Shown here one piece after another: positions 1 to 6,528 of a DNA stretch of 8,593 bases. A program made the translations under genes and the position numbers. Within the stretch, counting starts at the first letter, position 1. Each line of letters opens with the position of its first letter. The DNA lies in IMG/VR virus record IMGVR_UViG_2713896777_000020; one strand, written 5' to 3'. The notes under the pieces are model-generated. The model did no database searches, was not told where the DNA came from, and worked only from the letters and a program-made list of their open reading frames with translations. This stretch comes from a virus. Taxonomy: Duplodnaviria; Heunggongvirae; Uroviricota; Caudoviricetes.

Positions 1-945
1 CTCGTTGTGATGCTCCCGACACAGCGGTAGCGTGAAAATATCGTGAGATTTTGTCCCCATTCCCCCCTGACCATGACCAATCAGGTGATGCGGATCGTCA
101 GCAGGCTTACCACAACACGCACACGGCTGTGTCTTCACCCAGTGCGTGTATTTCTCGTTAACCCAGCGGCGACGTTTAGGTCGTTTCATGAAAGATTCCG
201 GAGACTCAGGATCAACGGCAATGCTGACCACCGTCTTTTCCTGTGGCGGTTTTTGCTGGTGAGCGTGAGGCAGCGGCGCAAGATTTTTTGTGCGCTGCTT
301 CAGTATGCTGGTGGCGGTCTGCTCTCCCGGTACGATGTCGCTTTCACGGTACATTGAGCGGATTTTTTCCGCACGCAACCCCAGCGAACGACGTAATACC
401 GCTTCCGGTAGCGCGTCCGCCACCTGATTGCGGACCGCCCACCAGGATAATTCAGCCAGAGATAATTCCCGTTCCTGTGCACCACTTATTGCGTGACGTA
501 TGACGTCAATCATCCAGGCTGTCAGATTTTGTTGAGCAAGCTGCCCGAGTGATTCGGATGTCTGGTCGCGCAGCTGGTTGTCGCAGTGCCAGCACAACAC
601 CATTGCGCCGGTACCATAACGGTGAATGACGGTTTCGCTGTGATGATAATCGCCGTGTGGCCACTGGCAGGATTTAATATGGCGCAACAGCCAGTCAGAC
701 AATGCACCAGCACCACCAGCAGCACGAATCACCCGTGCGTTACTGAAAAACGGCAGCAATGTTTTGTCTTCCACTAGCGGCTGGTGAACGGCAGGAACAA
801 CCCCGGACGGCAGATTACGCATGCTTTTCGGTTCCGGCTCCACCAGTACCCGGGTATTGTGGAATACCGGCATGGATTCACGACCCGGCTTAACGATCAC
901 CAGCCCGAGTTCCGGTACCAGAACAGGTCGAAGTAATACCCGCAC
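1..945 (-). CDS. NinG/YdfU-like (DUF968-type) phage protein, second copy; 3' end runs off window start
   Basis: Manual translation: minus-strand frame open from 945 to 1 with no stop (absent from track because there is no in-window stop). GTG at 945-943 preceded by GGAGG. N-terminal part matches ORF 947..1414 (GNVRYLRPV..., ...HGDYHHSETVIHRYGTGAMVLCWHCDNQLRD). C-terminal part reads ...KTSPCACCGKPADDPHHLIGHGQGGMGTKSHDIFTLRLCREHHNE, an HNH-like Cys/His motif as remembered for YdfU/NinG proteins. Confidence 0.6.
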   Translation of the reverse strand, partial: MRVLLRPVLVPELGLVIVKPGRESMPVFHNTRVLVEPEPKSMRNLPSGVVPAVHQPLVEDKTLLPFFSNARVIRAAGGAGALSDWLLRHIKSCQWPHGDYHHSETVIHRYGTGAMVLCWHCDNQLRDQTSESLGQLAQQNLTAWMIDVIRHAISGAQERELSLAELSWWAVRNQVADALPEAVLRRSLGLRAEKIRSMYRESDIVPGEQTATSILKQRTKNLAPLPHAHQQKPPQEKTVVSIAVDPESPESFMKRPKRRRWVNEKYTHWVKTQPCACCGKPADDPHHLIGHGQGGMGTKSHDIFTLPLCREHHNE

Positions 946-983
946 GTTACCTCCAGATGCGTTGCTGGAATGTGCGGGACGGA

Positions 984-1033
984 NNNNNNNNNNNNNNNNN
1001 NNNNNNNNNNNNNNNNNNNNNNNNNNNNNNNNN
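984..1033. other. assembly gap (50 N)
   Basis: Run of N characters. Confidence 0.99.
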
Positions 1034-1414
1034 GTCACGCAGCTGGTTGTCGCAGTGCCAGCACAACACCATTGCGCCGGTACCATAACGGTGAATAACG
1101 GTTTCACTGTGATGATAGTCACCATGAGGCCACTGGCAGGATTTGACATGACGCAACAGCCAGTCAGACAGTGCACCAGCGCCACCAACAGCACGAATCA
1201 CACGCTCATTGCTGAAAAACGGCAGTAATGATTTATCCTCCGCCAGCGGCTGGCGAACGGCAGGGACGATGCCGGACGGCAGACCGCGCATGCTTTTCGG
1301 TTCCGGCTCCACAAGCACTCGAGGGTTATGGAATACCTGCATGGATTCACGGCCTGGTTTAAGGACCACCAACCCAAGTTCCGGTACCGGAACAGGTCGA
1401 AGTAATACCCGCAC
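1034..1414 (-). CDS. NinG/YdfU-like protein, N-terminal half, first copy, truncated by the gap
   Basis: Track ORF 947..1414. GTG start at 1414-1412 one nt after the stop of the upstream ORF, with GGAGG 4-5 nt upstream. About 90 percent identical by eye to 565-945. Confidence 0.5.
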
Positions 1415-1415
1415 G

Positions 1416-1694
1416 TTACCTCCAGATGCGTTGCTGGAATGTGCGGGACGGACGCGGTGGGCGCTCGGAGTACGGCAGCCTGACGTAGATTATCCAGTGA
1501 CGATAATCGAGGCTGAGGGCTTTCCTAAACTCATACCCACGTCTGCGGTAGTTCTGAATCAGCCATTCGGCCTGTTCTTCAGTGCATGGGGCGTGCCGGA
1601 ACCAGTCAGATTTGAATGCATGAGAACGCCGCCCGTGCCTGCTGGCAAAGACGGCTGAATTATCAGAATTGTGTAGTCTGGAATTTTGCGCCAT
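1416..1694 (-). CDS. hypothetical phage protein (92 aa)
   Basis: Track ORF; ATG at 1694 with GGAGA about 6 nt upstream; ends ...PSRTFQQRIWR. The same C-terminal peptide is encoded again at 980-947. Confidence 0.5.
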   Translation of the reverse strand: MAQNSRLHNSDNSAVFASRHGRRSHAFKSDWFRHAPCTEEQAEWLIQNYRRRGYEFRKALSLDYRHWIIYVRLPYSERPPRPSRTFQQRIWR

Positions 1695-1763
1695 CGGCTT
1701 TCTCCGGTGGCACAGTGTTACTCAACAGGGGTTCAGCCCTGCGCTGAATTGTAGATGAATTCA

Positions 1764-2021
1764 CTAATCTTCAAAAGCAGAAAAACCAGCCTTAATCCCA
1801 GCTTCTTTCAGAGACGGCAACGATGTGACAAATTCATTTGCACGCAAAATAAAACCATCCGTCACAAGCCCATCCACAAAATGAATTAACGCAGCTCCAC
1901 TCTTCCTTTGTTGAGACTGTAAACATTTAATACGGCAGTGGCTGACAATAGCGCCCTTCTCAACGCGCACAGTATAGAGGCCATCTTCACTAAAAATTTC
2001 ACGTAATTCTTCGATTCTCAT
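1764..2021 (-). CDS. small phage protein (85 aa), in the position of rem between hok and ydfU in Qin
   Basis: Track ORF 1764..2024; likely true start is the ATG at 2021-2019 with GGAAGGA about 9 nt upstream. Naming is by position only. Confidence 0.5.
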   Translation of the reverse strand: MRIEELREIFSEDGLYTVRVEKGAIVSHCRIKCLQSQQRKSGAALIHFVDGLVTDGFILRANEFVTSLPSLKEAGIKAGFSAFED

Positions 2022-2146
2022 CAACAGAATCCTTCCAGATAAATAGCACTCCCCTGTTCGGGGTCCATCCCTCTTCTCCCTGCGCGCTACTTAAGTATTT
2101 TTGATTCTATTCCGGCGCCGTCCGGAACTTCAAACGCGTTGAAAAT

Positions 2147-2171
2147 AAAAACAAAAACCCGCCGAAGCGGG
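2147..2171 (-). terminator. Rho-independent terminator downstream of hok
   Basis: Plus strand aaaacaaaaa-cccgc-cgaa-gcggg; on the minus strand this is a GC stem-loop followed by a T-run. Confidence 0.6.
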
Positions 2172-2313
2172 TTAAGTGCGGGTGCGTNNNNNNNNNNNNN
2201 NNNNNNNNNNNNNNNNNNNNNNNNNNNNNNNNNNNNNNNNNNNNNNNNNNNNNNNNNNNNNNNNNNAAACAGATGACGATCAGGGCGATTAACATCGCCT
2301 TTTGCTGCTTCAT
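2172..2313 (-). CDS. hokD: Hok-family membrane toxin, interrupted by the N-gap (3' end not determinable)
   Basis: Minus-strand 2313-2267 translates MKQQKAMLIALIVIC, matching the remembered N-terminus of HokD/RelF (Gef/HokC is MKQHKAMIVALIVIC). AAGGAG 9 nt upstream of the ATG. Paralog assignment rests on 15 residues plus Qin-like neighbours. Confidence 0.6.
2188..2266. other. assembly gap (79 N) inside the hok CDS
   Basis: Run of N characters. Confidence 0.99.
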
Positions 2314-2505
2314 AGCCTGCTTCTCCTTGACCTTTCGGTCCGTAAGAGGCAATCTATATGTGACGAGCATATAGGGGCCTCACTTCGATTTATAGTCGGG
2401 TGGGGCTTTTATCTATCTGCCGTTGGTGTTCATGCCCGAGGCAGATAGCCTCAAGCACCCGCAGCAATCCTACTTAACTCTGCCGTTACAGCAAACCGTT
2501 TTCGC

Positions 2506-2529
2506 CCGATATGGGAATTCCCATATCGG
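2506..2529. repeat. perfect 24-bp palindrome CCGATATGGGAATTCCCATATCGG
   Basis: Checked base by base; identical to its reverse complement; centred on GAATTC; lies between the moron terminator and the hok start. Confidence 0.9.
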
Positions 2530-2614
2530 AATGAATTCAGTTCACCTGGCGAGGCTTAGCGTACAATTTTTTCCGTTTTGTGAGCTGCCCCTACATGCCG
2601 CTGGCGCGGCATCC

Positions 2615-2645
2615 GGAAAAAGAATCCACGTCCTGAAGGACGAGG
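2615..2645 (-). terminator. candidate intrinsic terminator downstream of the moron CDS
   Basis: Minus strand: cctcgtcc-ttca-ggacgtgg (7 of 8 bp paired) then attcttttt, immediately after the stop at 2649-2651. Confidence 0.45.
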
Positions 2646-2648
2646 ATG

Positions 2649-3407
2649 TCAAGTGCCTTTCCTGGTCCAGCCATATTTTTTGAATGCAGGCGCCGCTTCA
2701 TCGGTTTGTAGCCATTCTGCAAATCGACGGGTTTCATCATTTGCATCCTGACGTACTGTAATGTTCATATCACGCCATATCACGTAGTCTGGCGCTATTT
2801 CCACGACATCACCAATTTCTGGATTACTGGCTGCCCAGTCAGCCCAGGTTATCCAGACATCTGCTCCAGGCTGATTCTCAAGAGCCTTACGTGCAGTTCC
2901 GCTATTGGGCGCATATAAAATAATATTTTTTCGGATTGCGGCGACAGTTTCTATATTCCCTTTACGTCCGGCAATATCTTCCCAGACGCCAGTGCCTGAT
3001 GTATTACTGGTACCACCACCATCATTAACAATTACGCCAATCCCAGGTCTGGTCAGGTCGTCAATACTCCGGATATTTTTAGGATTACCTTTCTTTACCA
3101 GTAAAATACTTTTTCGCAGATAAAGAGGCTGAATATCTTTTTCACTGAAGCTGTCTTTATGGTCCCGAATGATAGCCAGAGCAGATTGTTCTGATGCGCC
3201 AAACAAGATATCTGCATTTTTTTTGGCATCTTCATTCCATTTGTTCTGTGGGCCGTAATGAACGTTCACTATAATACCTGTTTTTTCGGCATAAAGTTTG
3301 GCTGCATCAAGCAAGGCTGTATGCGGGCCACCAGGACCATACAGATTGATATCAGCATAAGCAGCAGAAGACAGGAATATTAAAAAACCTGCCATTATGT
3401 TCCTCAT
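2649..3407 (-). CDS. secreted ModA-like (molybdate/tungstate-type) periplasmic binding protein; orphan moron
   Basis: Track ORF, 252 aa. ATG at 3407 with AAGGAG about 7 nt upstream. N-terminus MRNIMAGFLIFLSSAAYA looks like a Sec signal peptide (AYA then D). ADILFGASEQ resembles ModA ADLFISADQ and the C-terminal FKKYGWT resembles ModA FKRYGFT. Region is AT-rich relative to the flanking phage genes. Confidence 0.8.
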   Translation of the reverse strand: MRNIMAGFLIFLSSAAYADINLYGPGGPHTALLDAAKLYAEKTGIIVNVHYGPQNKWNEDAKKNADILFGASEQSALAIIRDHKDSFSEKDIQPLYLRKSILLVKKGNPKNIRSIDDLTRPGIGVIVNDGGGTSNTSGTGVWEDIAGRKGNIETVAAIRKNIILYAPNSGTARKALENQPGADVWITWADWAASNPEIGDVVEIAPDYVIWRDMNITVRQDANDETRRFAEWLQTDEAAPAFKKYGWTRKGT

Positions 3408-3571
3408 AAAAAACTCCTTTTATTGGTTATCATGAAATAAAGTTATAAACACTACAAATAATATATATTACATCCAGATAAACTTATCCGACTTTACCTC
3501 GTGCATAGCTTGTTATTTAAAGTCAACAAAATAAGGAAAATTATACGCATATTGAAGAGTATAAACCTTAC

Positions 3572-3599
3572 ATGTTGATTACATTTTTGTAATCAACAT
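3572..3599. repeat. inverted repeat, 12-bp perfect arms ATGTTGATTACA / TGTAATCAACAT around TTTT
   Basis: Checked base by base; lies in the AT-rich region about 165-190 bp upstream of the moron start codon. Confidence 0.85.
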
Positions 3600-3662
3600 C
3601 CTGTTTGGAATAGCCAGCCTTTAATGGATAACTATTTCTGACAATGCAATGAGTATAATCAA

Positions 3663-4137
3663 GTCCATCTTCCACTGAGAATTAGAGGCGGCATGCTTTT
3701 TCCGGCTCTTGCCGGATATCCGTAATTGTCCATAATCTGCAGATTTATACCTTCTGCATGACCTGTCAGCGAAAATTTGTCCGGTGTTTCTACGGGAATG
3801 ACATCAAAAGTTACACGCACTCGCGTTACCGTGTAGACCTACTTTCCTGCACTTGCAAGATCACAGTGGTGTAACCGTAACAGGAATTTATTCTCTGGAC
3901 CGGCAGTAAATCCCTGAGTGGCGTGGTTCCCATATCAATTTCCCGCCAGGCAGCCTCCATTGCCAGCGTACAGGCTGGAGCCATGACCTGCCCTTTAAAT
4001 CTGGCCCGACCATCCCACCGGACGTGTTCTTCTCCCCTGAACTTAGGTACAGTCATCTCCAGTGGCACAAAAGTGTCAGCGCCATAATTTTTGACCATTA
4101 TCGCGCTACGGATATTTTGTTGACTGGTGAAAATCAC
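3663..4137 (-). pseudogene. possible degraded fimbrial-subunit-like remnant (two frames)
   Basis: Track ORF 3826..4137 contains RFKGQVMAPACTLAMEAAWREIDMG, with the same Cys-to-Gly spacing as FimA [24 protein letters not shown]. The next frame (3838-3663) reads ...TGHAEGINLQIMDNYG, compare FimA NVGVQILDRTG. No start or RBS; frames broken. Weak, motif-level only. Confidence 0.2.
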
Positions 4138-4412
4138 CCCGCAGAATCAGGCTTATTCCCTTAACCTGGGCTTTCATCCTGACCGCCGCCTCACTACGAC
4201 CAATCAGACTGCCGATGCATTTTACCTTCATTGTTAGTATCATGATTTCAGGCCTGCACCATCCGCTCATTGCCCGGACTTCCGACAAATCCCGGCAACC
4301 ATATCCCGGTGCTTGTTCAGCTCCCGCAGCGCGGCGCAGACTCGCTCCCACTTCTGGACATGATTCTTCGCCCTACGCAGTTCGCGATTTGCCATATGCA
4401 GCGATGGCAAAA

Positions 4413-5000
4413 TCAAATCATCTTCTCGCGTTGCAGTAAACGATGGCAGCGACTGCACAATGTCCGCCACAGTTTCTGTTTTAATATCTTCCTGTGTTGC
4501 ATCTTTCTGTACCGGTAACGAACACCGGCTGGCTGAGGAAAGGCTTTACCATCGGTTTCCGCTACCGATTCAACTTTCGGCTCTGCTGGTAAATTATCAC
4601 CTGGTATGCAGTAACGAATTTTACCGTTCTGGTTTACGCGAATCAGACGACCTTTGCTGATTGCCATTGCCAGCGTTGAAGCAACTTTGCGGGATGTTGT
4701 ACCGAACAGCGTAGCCAGTTCATCCGCCGTTTGTGGTCCGCGTTGTTCAATCGTCGCGGTTAAATCGCACTCTGAGATTTTCGCTTCTGTTGCCGTGGTG
4801 GTTTCTTCTGGCGCTGGCTGTTCCTGCTGAACGTTGTTATCAGCCACACGCCAGGTGTATACGCTTTTATCAACGAAGCCAGCCTTTTTCAGTTCCCACA
4901 GCTCGTTCAGTACTTCTTCACGACTGATATCAAGTCGCGCAGCCAGCTCTACCGACGTGGCTTTTCCCATCGCTTTCAGTGCGTCAAAAACAGTCTCCAT
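4413..5000 (-). CDS. phage protein with two winged-helix-like segments, in the ren position after P
   Basis: Track ORF; ATG at 5000 with GGAGG 7-8 nt upstream, 33 nt after the P-like stop. N-terminal [30 protein letters not shown] resembles a wHTH. The last 50 or so residues look low-quality, so the 3' end may be wrong. Confidence 0.55.
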   Translation of the reverse strand: METVFDALKAMGKATSVELAARLDISREEVLNELWELKKAGFVDKSVYTWRVADNNVQQEQPAPEETTTATEAKISECDLTATIEQRGPQTADELATLFGTTSRKVASTLAMAISKGRLIRVNQNGKIRYCIPGDNLPAEPKVESVAETDGKAFPQPAGVRYRYRKMQHRKILKQKLWRTLCSRCHRLLQREKMI

Positions 5001-5033
5001 AAATTTCCTCCCGGTAAAAAATCACTTCTCAAC

Positions 5034-5699
5034 TCAAACAAAACCAGCCGCTTTCCGGCGTTCATATTCCTGTTTCAGCAACTCAATTGGCGTTGGCCCC
5101 GACGGGCGTTTGGGGGCCGCCAGTTGTCGCCGGACTGGCGGAACGCTCAGGCCGTTACTAACATGCTTTGCCCATTTCGTCAGTTGCCGTTCTGCAAGCC
5201 GTTTTAATTCCCCTTCGGTCATCTGGCGCTCAATCCCCTTTGAACGCATCTCGAGGCAAATGTGATACAGCACAGGCTGAGACCACGGGTACTTATCACT
5301 TCCGTCGTATCGCCAGGACTCATTGCGCCAGCGGCGGTACTCCTCCATCACAGCATCCACCGTCAGACCGAATGGATTGGCTCCGCTTTTCGAAATCAGT
5401 GCCACAAACTCAGCCAGGTCCGGAGGCCATGTTTCACCCGCCCGGCAGCGGTCCATGCACTGGCGGCAGACCTGCCGGATTTGCTGCTCAGTCATCGCGC
5501 CAATCTGTGCAATCCAGAGCTTCGAAGGTGCGGCCCCGTTCTTCTGGATCCAGCGGTTCGAATAAACCACCCCCATGAGTTCCCACAGCTTCCAGGCCGT
5601 TTCCGTCGCTGATAAATCCGTTTTCACGTTCCCACTGCTCACGTGCTGCCCGAATTTCCTGAACTGCCCGTGATGCGGTGCCACCTGGTGCTGCTGCAT
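5034..5699 (-). CDS. lambda P-like replication protein (helicase loader)
   Basis: Track ORF, 221 aa. Blocks align with remembered lambda P: MTEQQ (P: TTMEQ), PDLAEFVAL (P: PGQFVAW), YPWSQPVLYHICLEMR (P: YPWKSNAHYWLVTNLY), TEGELKRLAERQL (P: TDAELRRKAADEL). Start uncertain because of overlap with the upstream ORF. Confidence 0.8.
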   Translation of the reverse strand: MQQHQVAPHHGQFRKFGQHVSSGNVKTDLSATETAWKLWELMGVVYSNRWIQKNGAAPSKLWIAQIGAMTEQQIRQVCRQCMDRCRAGETWPPDLAEFVALISKSGANPFGLTVDAVMEEYRRWRNESWRYDGSDKYPWSQPVLYHICLEMRSKGIERQMTEGELKRLAERQLTKWAKHVSNGLSVPPVRRQLAAPKRPSGPTPIELLKQEYERRKAAGFV

Positions 5700-6528
5700 G
5701 GTTTACCCCTTTGCTGACTGGTTTAACCTGCGCCCTGACGTGATTTACGTGACGGGCGAATTTCTGCTCCCACTGAATCTGCGTAAACACTTTCCCCTCC
5801 GCTGCCCAGTAGTCCCGGAAGGCGGCAAGTTCAGCAGGTGTAAATTCTGTCTCCGGCAAAGCCATCCCCCACAACGCAGCCCGTCGTCGAAAATCCCGTG
5901 ACGGATACCAGCTATCGCTCATCGGGAATTTTCCGATGGGTTCGCTCAGGCCATACAGGAATACAGGGGGGGCTGCCTGTAACGACAAAACTTCCTGCTC
6001 ACTGGTCGGAGCACTCTCGCGTGCGTTATGTGTGGGGTTTAGATCTTTGGGTTCCTTTGGGTTCCGTGATCCGTTTTTGGGTGTCTTTGATGGAAAATTT
6101 GGGTGTCTTTGGTTATTTTCCATGCAGCTAAGAGTTCTGTTTTTGGGTCTGTTTTGTGCTGAAACATAACCATTTTCGGTACTGTTTTTATTAACAGCAC
6201 CAATTTTACCCACCTTTAAAGACTCCCGTTTTTGGGTGTATTCAGGCTCGGCAACACTTTCTTCTACACCGATAAGTCGGTACACCACAATTTGCTTTGT
6301 TCTGCCTTTTCTCTCACCGGTATCAACAATTAACCCAATCTCCATCAGGTGTCGTAAGCTGTCCTGCACAGTCTTTTTGTTCAGTTCCGTTACTTCTGCC
6401 AGTGCAGATACAGACGGGTATGCACACAAATCGGCACCGCACATATCAGCAAGCCAGGTCAATACTGACTTACTGGATGAACTGCCGGTTTTCACCTTTT
6501 TAGCCCATCGTAGTGCATCGATACTCAT
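5488..6528 (-). CDS. lambda O-like replication initiator (N-terminal wHTH domain, Pro/Lys-rich linker, C-terminal domain)
   Basis: Track ORF 5488..6603; start more likely the internal ATG at 6528 (MSIDALRWAKK...) with AGGGG about 6 nt upstream. Position immediately upstream of the P-like gene; linker is encoded by the iteron repeats. Confidence 0.7.
   Translation of the reverse strand: MSIDALRWAKKVKTGSSSSKSVLTWLADMCGADLCAYPSVSALAEVTELNKKTVQDSLRHLMEIGLIVDTGERKGRTKQIVVYRLIGVEESVAEPEYTQKRESLKVGKIGAVNKNSTENGYVSAQNRPKNRTLSCMENNQRHPNFPSKTPKNGSRNPKEPKDLNPTHNARESAPTSEQEVLSLQAAPPVFLYGLSEPIGKFPMSDSWYPSRDFRRRAALWGMALPETEFTPAELAAFRDYWAAEGKVFTQIQWEQKFARHVNHVRAQVKPVSKGVNHAAAPGGTASRAVQEIRAAREQWERENGFISDGNGLEAVGTHGGGLFEPLDPEERGRTFEALDCTDWRDD
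6042..6240. repeat. iteron-like direct repeats plus AT-rich stretch: candidate phage replication origin inside the O-like gene
   Basis: Six copies of core TTTGGGT at 6046, 6056, 6076, 6098, 6142 and 6231 (the extended form GTTTTTGGGTGTCTTTG is seen at 6071-6089); AT-rich stretch about 6155-6225. Confidence 0.6.

Noticed and set aside
300-725. Minus-strand track ORFs 300..485 and 522..725
   Set aside because: They are in a different frame from the long open minus frame (945 to 1) that carries the HNH-like motif; frame artefacts.
43-1658. Plus-strand track ORFs 43..357, 243..503, 586..777, 821..1228 and 1209..1658
   Set aside because: They lie antisense to the minus-strand ydfU-like frames, which carry recognisable motifs and RBS/start structure. 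Their translations are Cys/Gln/Thr/Arg-rich and low-complexity, and two of them simply mirror the duplicated segment.
2107-2370. Track ORF 2107..2370 (87 aa), spanning the gap in frame with hok
   Set aside because: The N-run length is arbitrary, so the frame across the gap means nothing, and the ORF reads through the terminator hairpin. Only the Hok N-terminus from the ATG at 2313 is supported. The upstream in-frame ATG at 2370 is not a mok-like overlapping frame.
2592-2612. Inverted repeat atgccgc-tggc-gcggcat next to the moron terminator
   Set aside because: Not followed by a U-run in either orientation; possibly part of a larger structure, but not separable from the adjacent terminator candidate.
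2423-2683. Plus ORF 2423..2683
   Set aside because: No RBS; it spans non-coding DNA containing the 24-bp palindrome and overlaps the moron 3' end and terminator; the translation looks non-protein-like.
2905-3123. Plus ORF 2905..3123
   Set aside because: Antisense, inside the well-supported moron CDS.
3685-3708. Hairpin ccggc-tctt-gccgg
   Set aside because: Flanked by a T-run on the wrong side for a terminator on either strand; a short stem with no other support.
4106-4470. Minus ORFs 4106..4351 (81 aa) and 4267..4470 (67 aa)
   Set aside because: Both start at GTG with no Shine-Dalgarno at sensible spacing and they overlap each other and the ren-position gene. 4267..4470 has a helical, charged look and could be a remnant, but there is not enough to call a gene.
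4215-5265. Plus ORFs 4215..4439, 4270..4518, 4460..4660, 4733..4927 and 4834..5265
   Set aside because: Antisense to minus-strand genes with homology or RBS support; 4834..5265 is Ser-rich low complexity, typical of an antisense frame.
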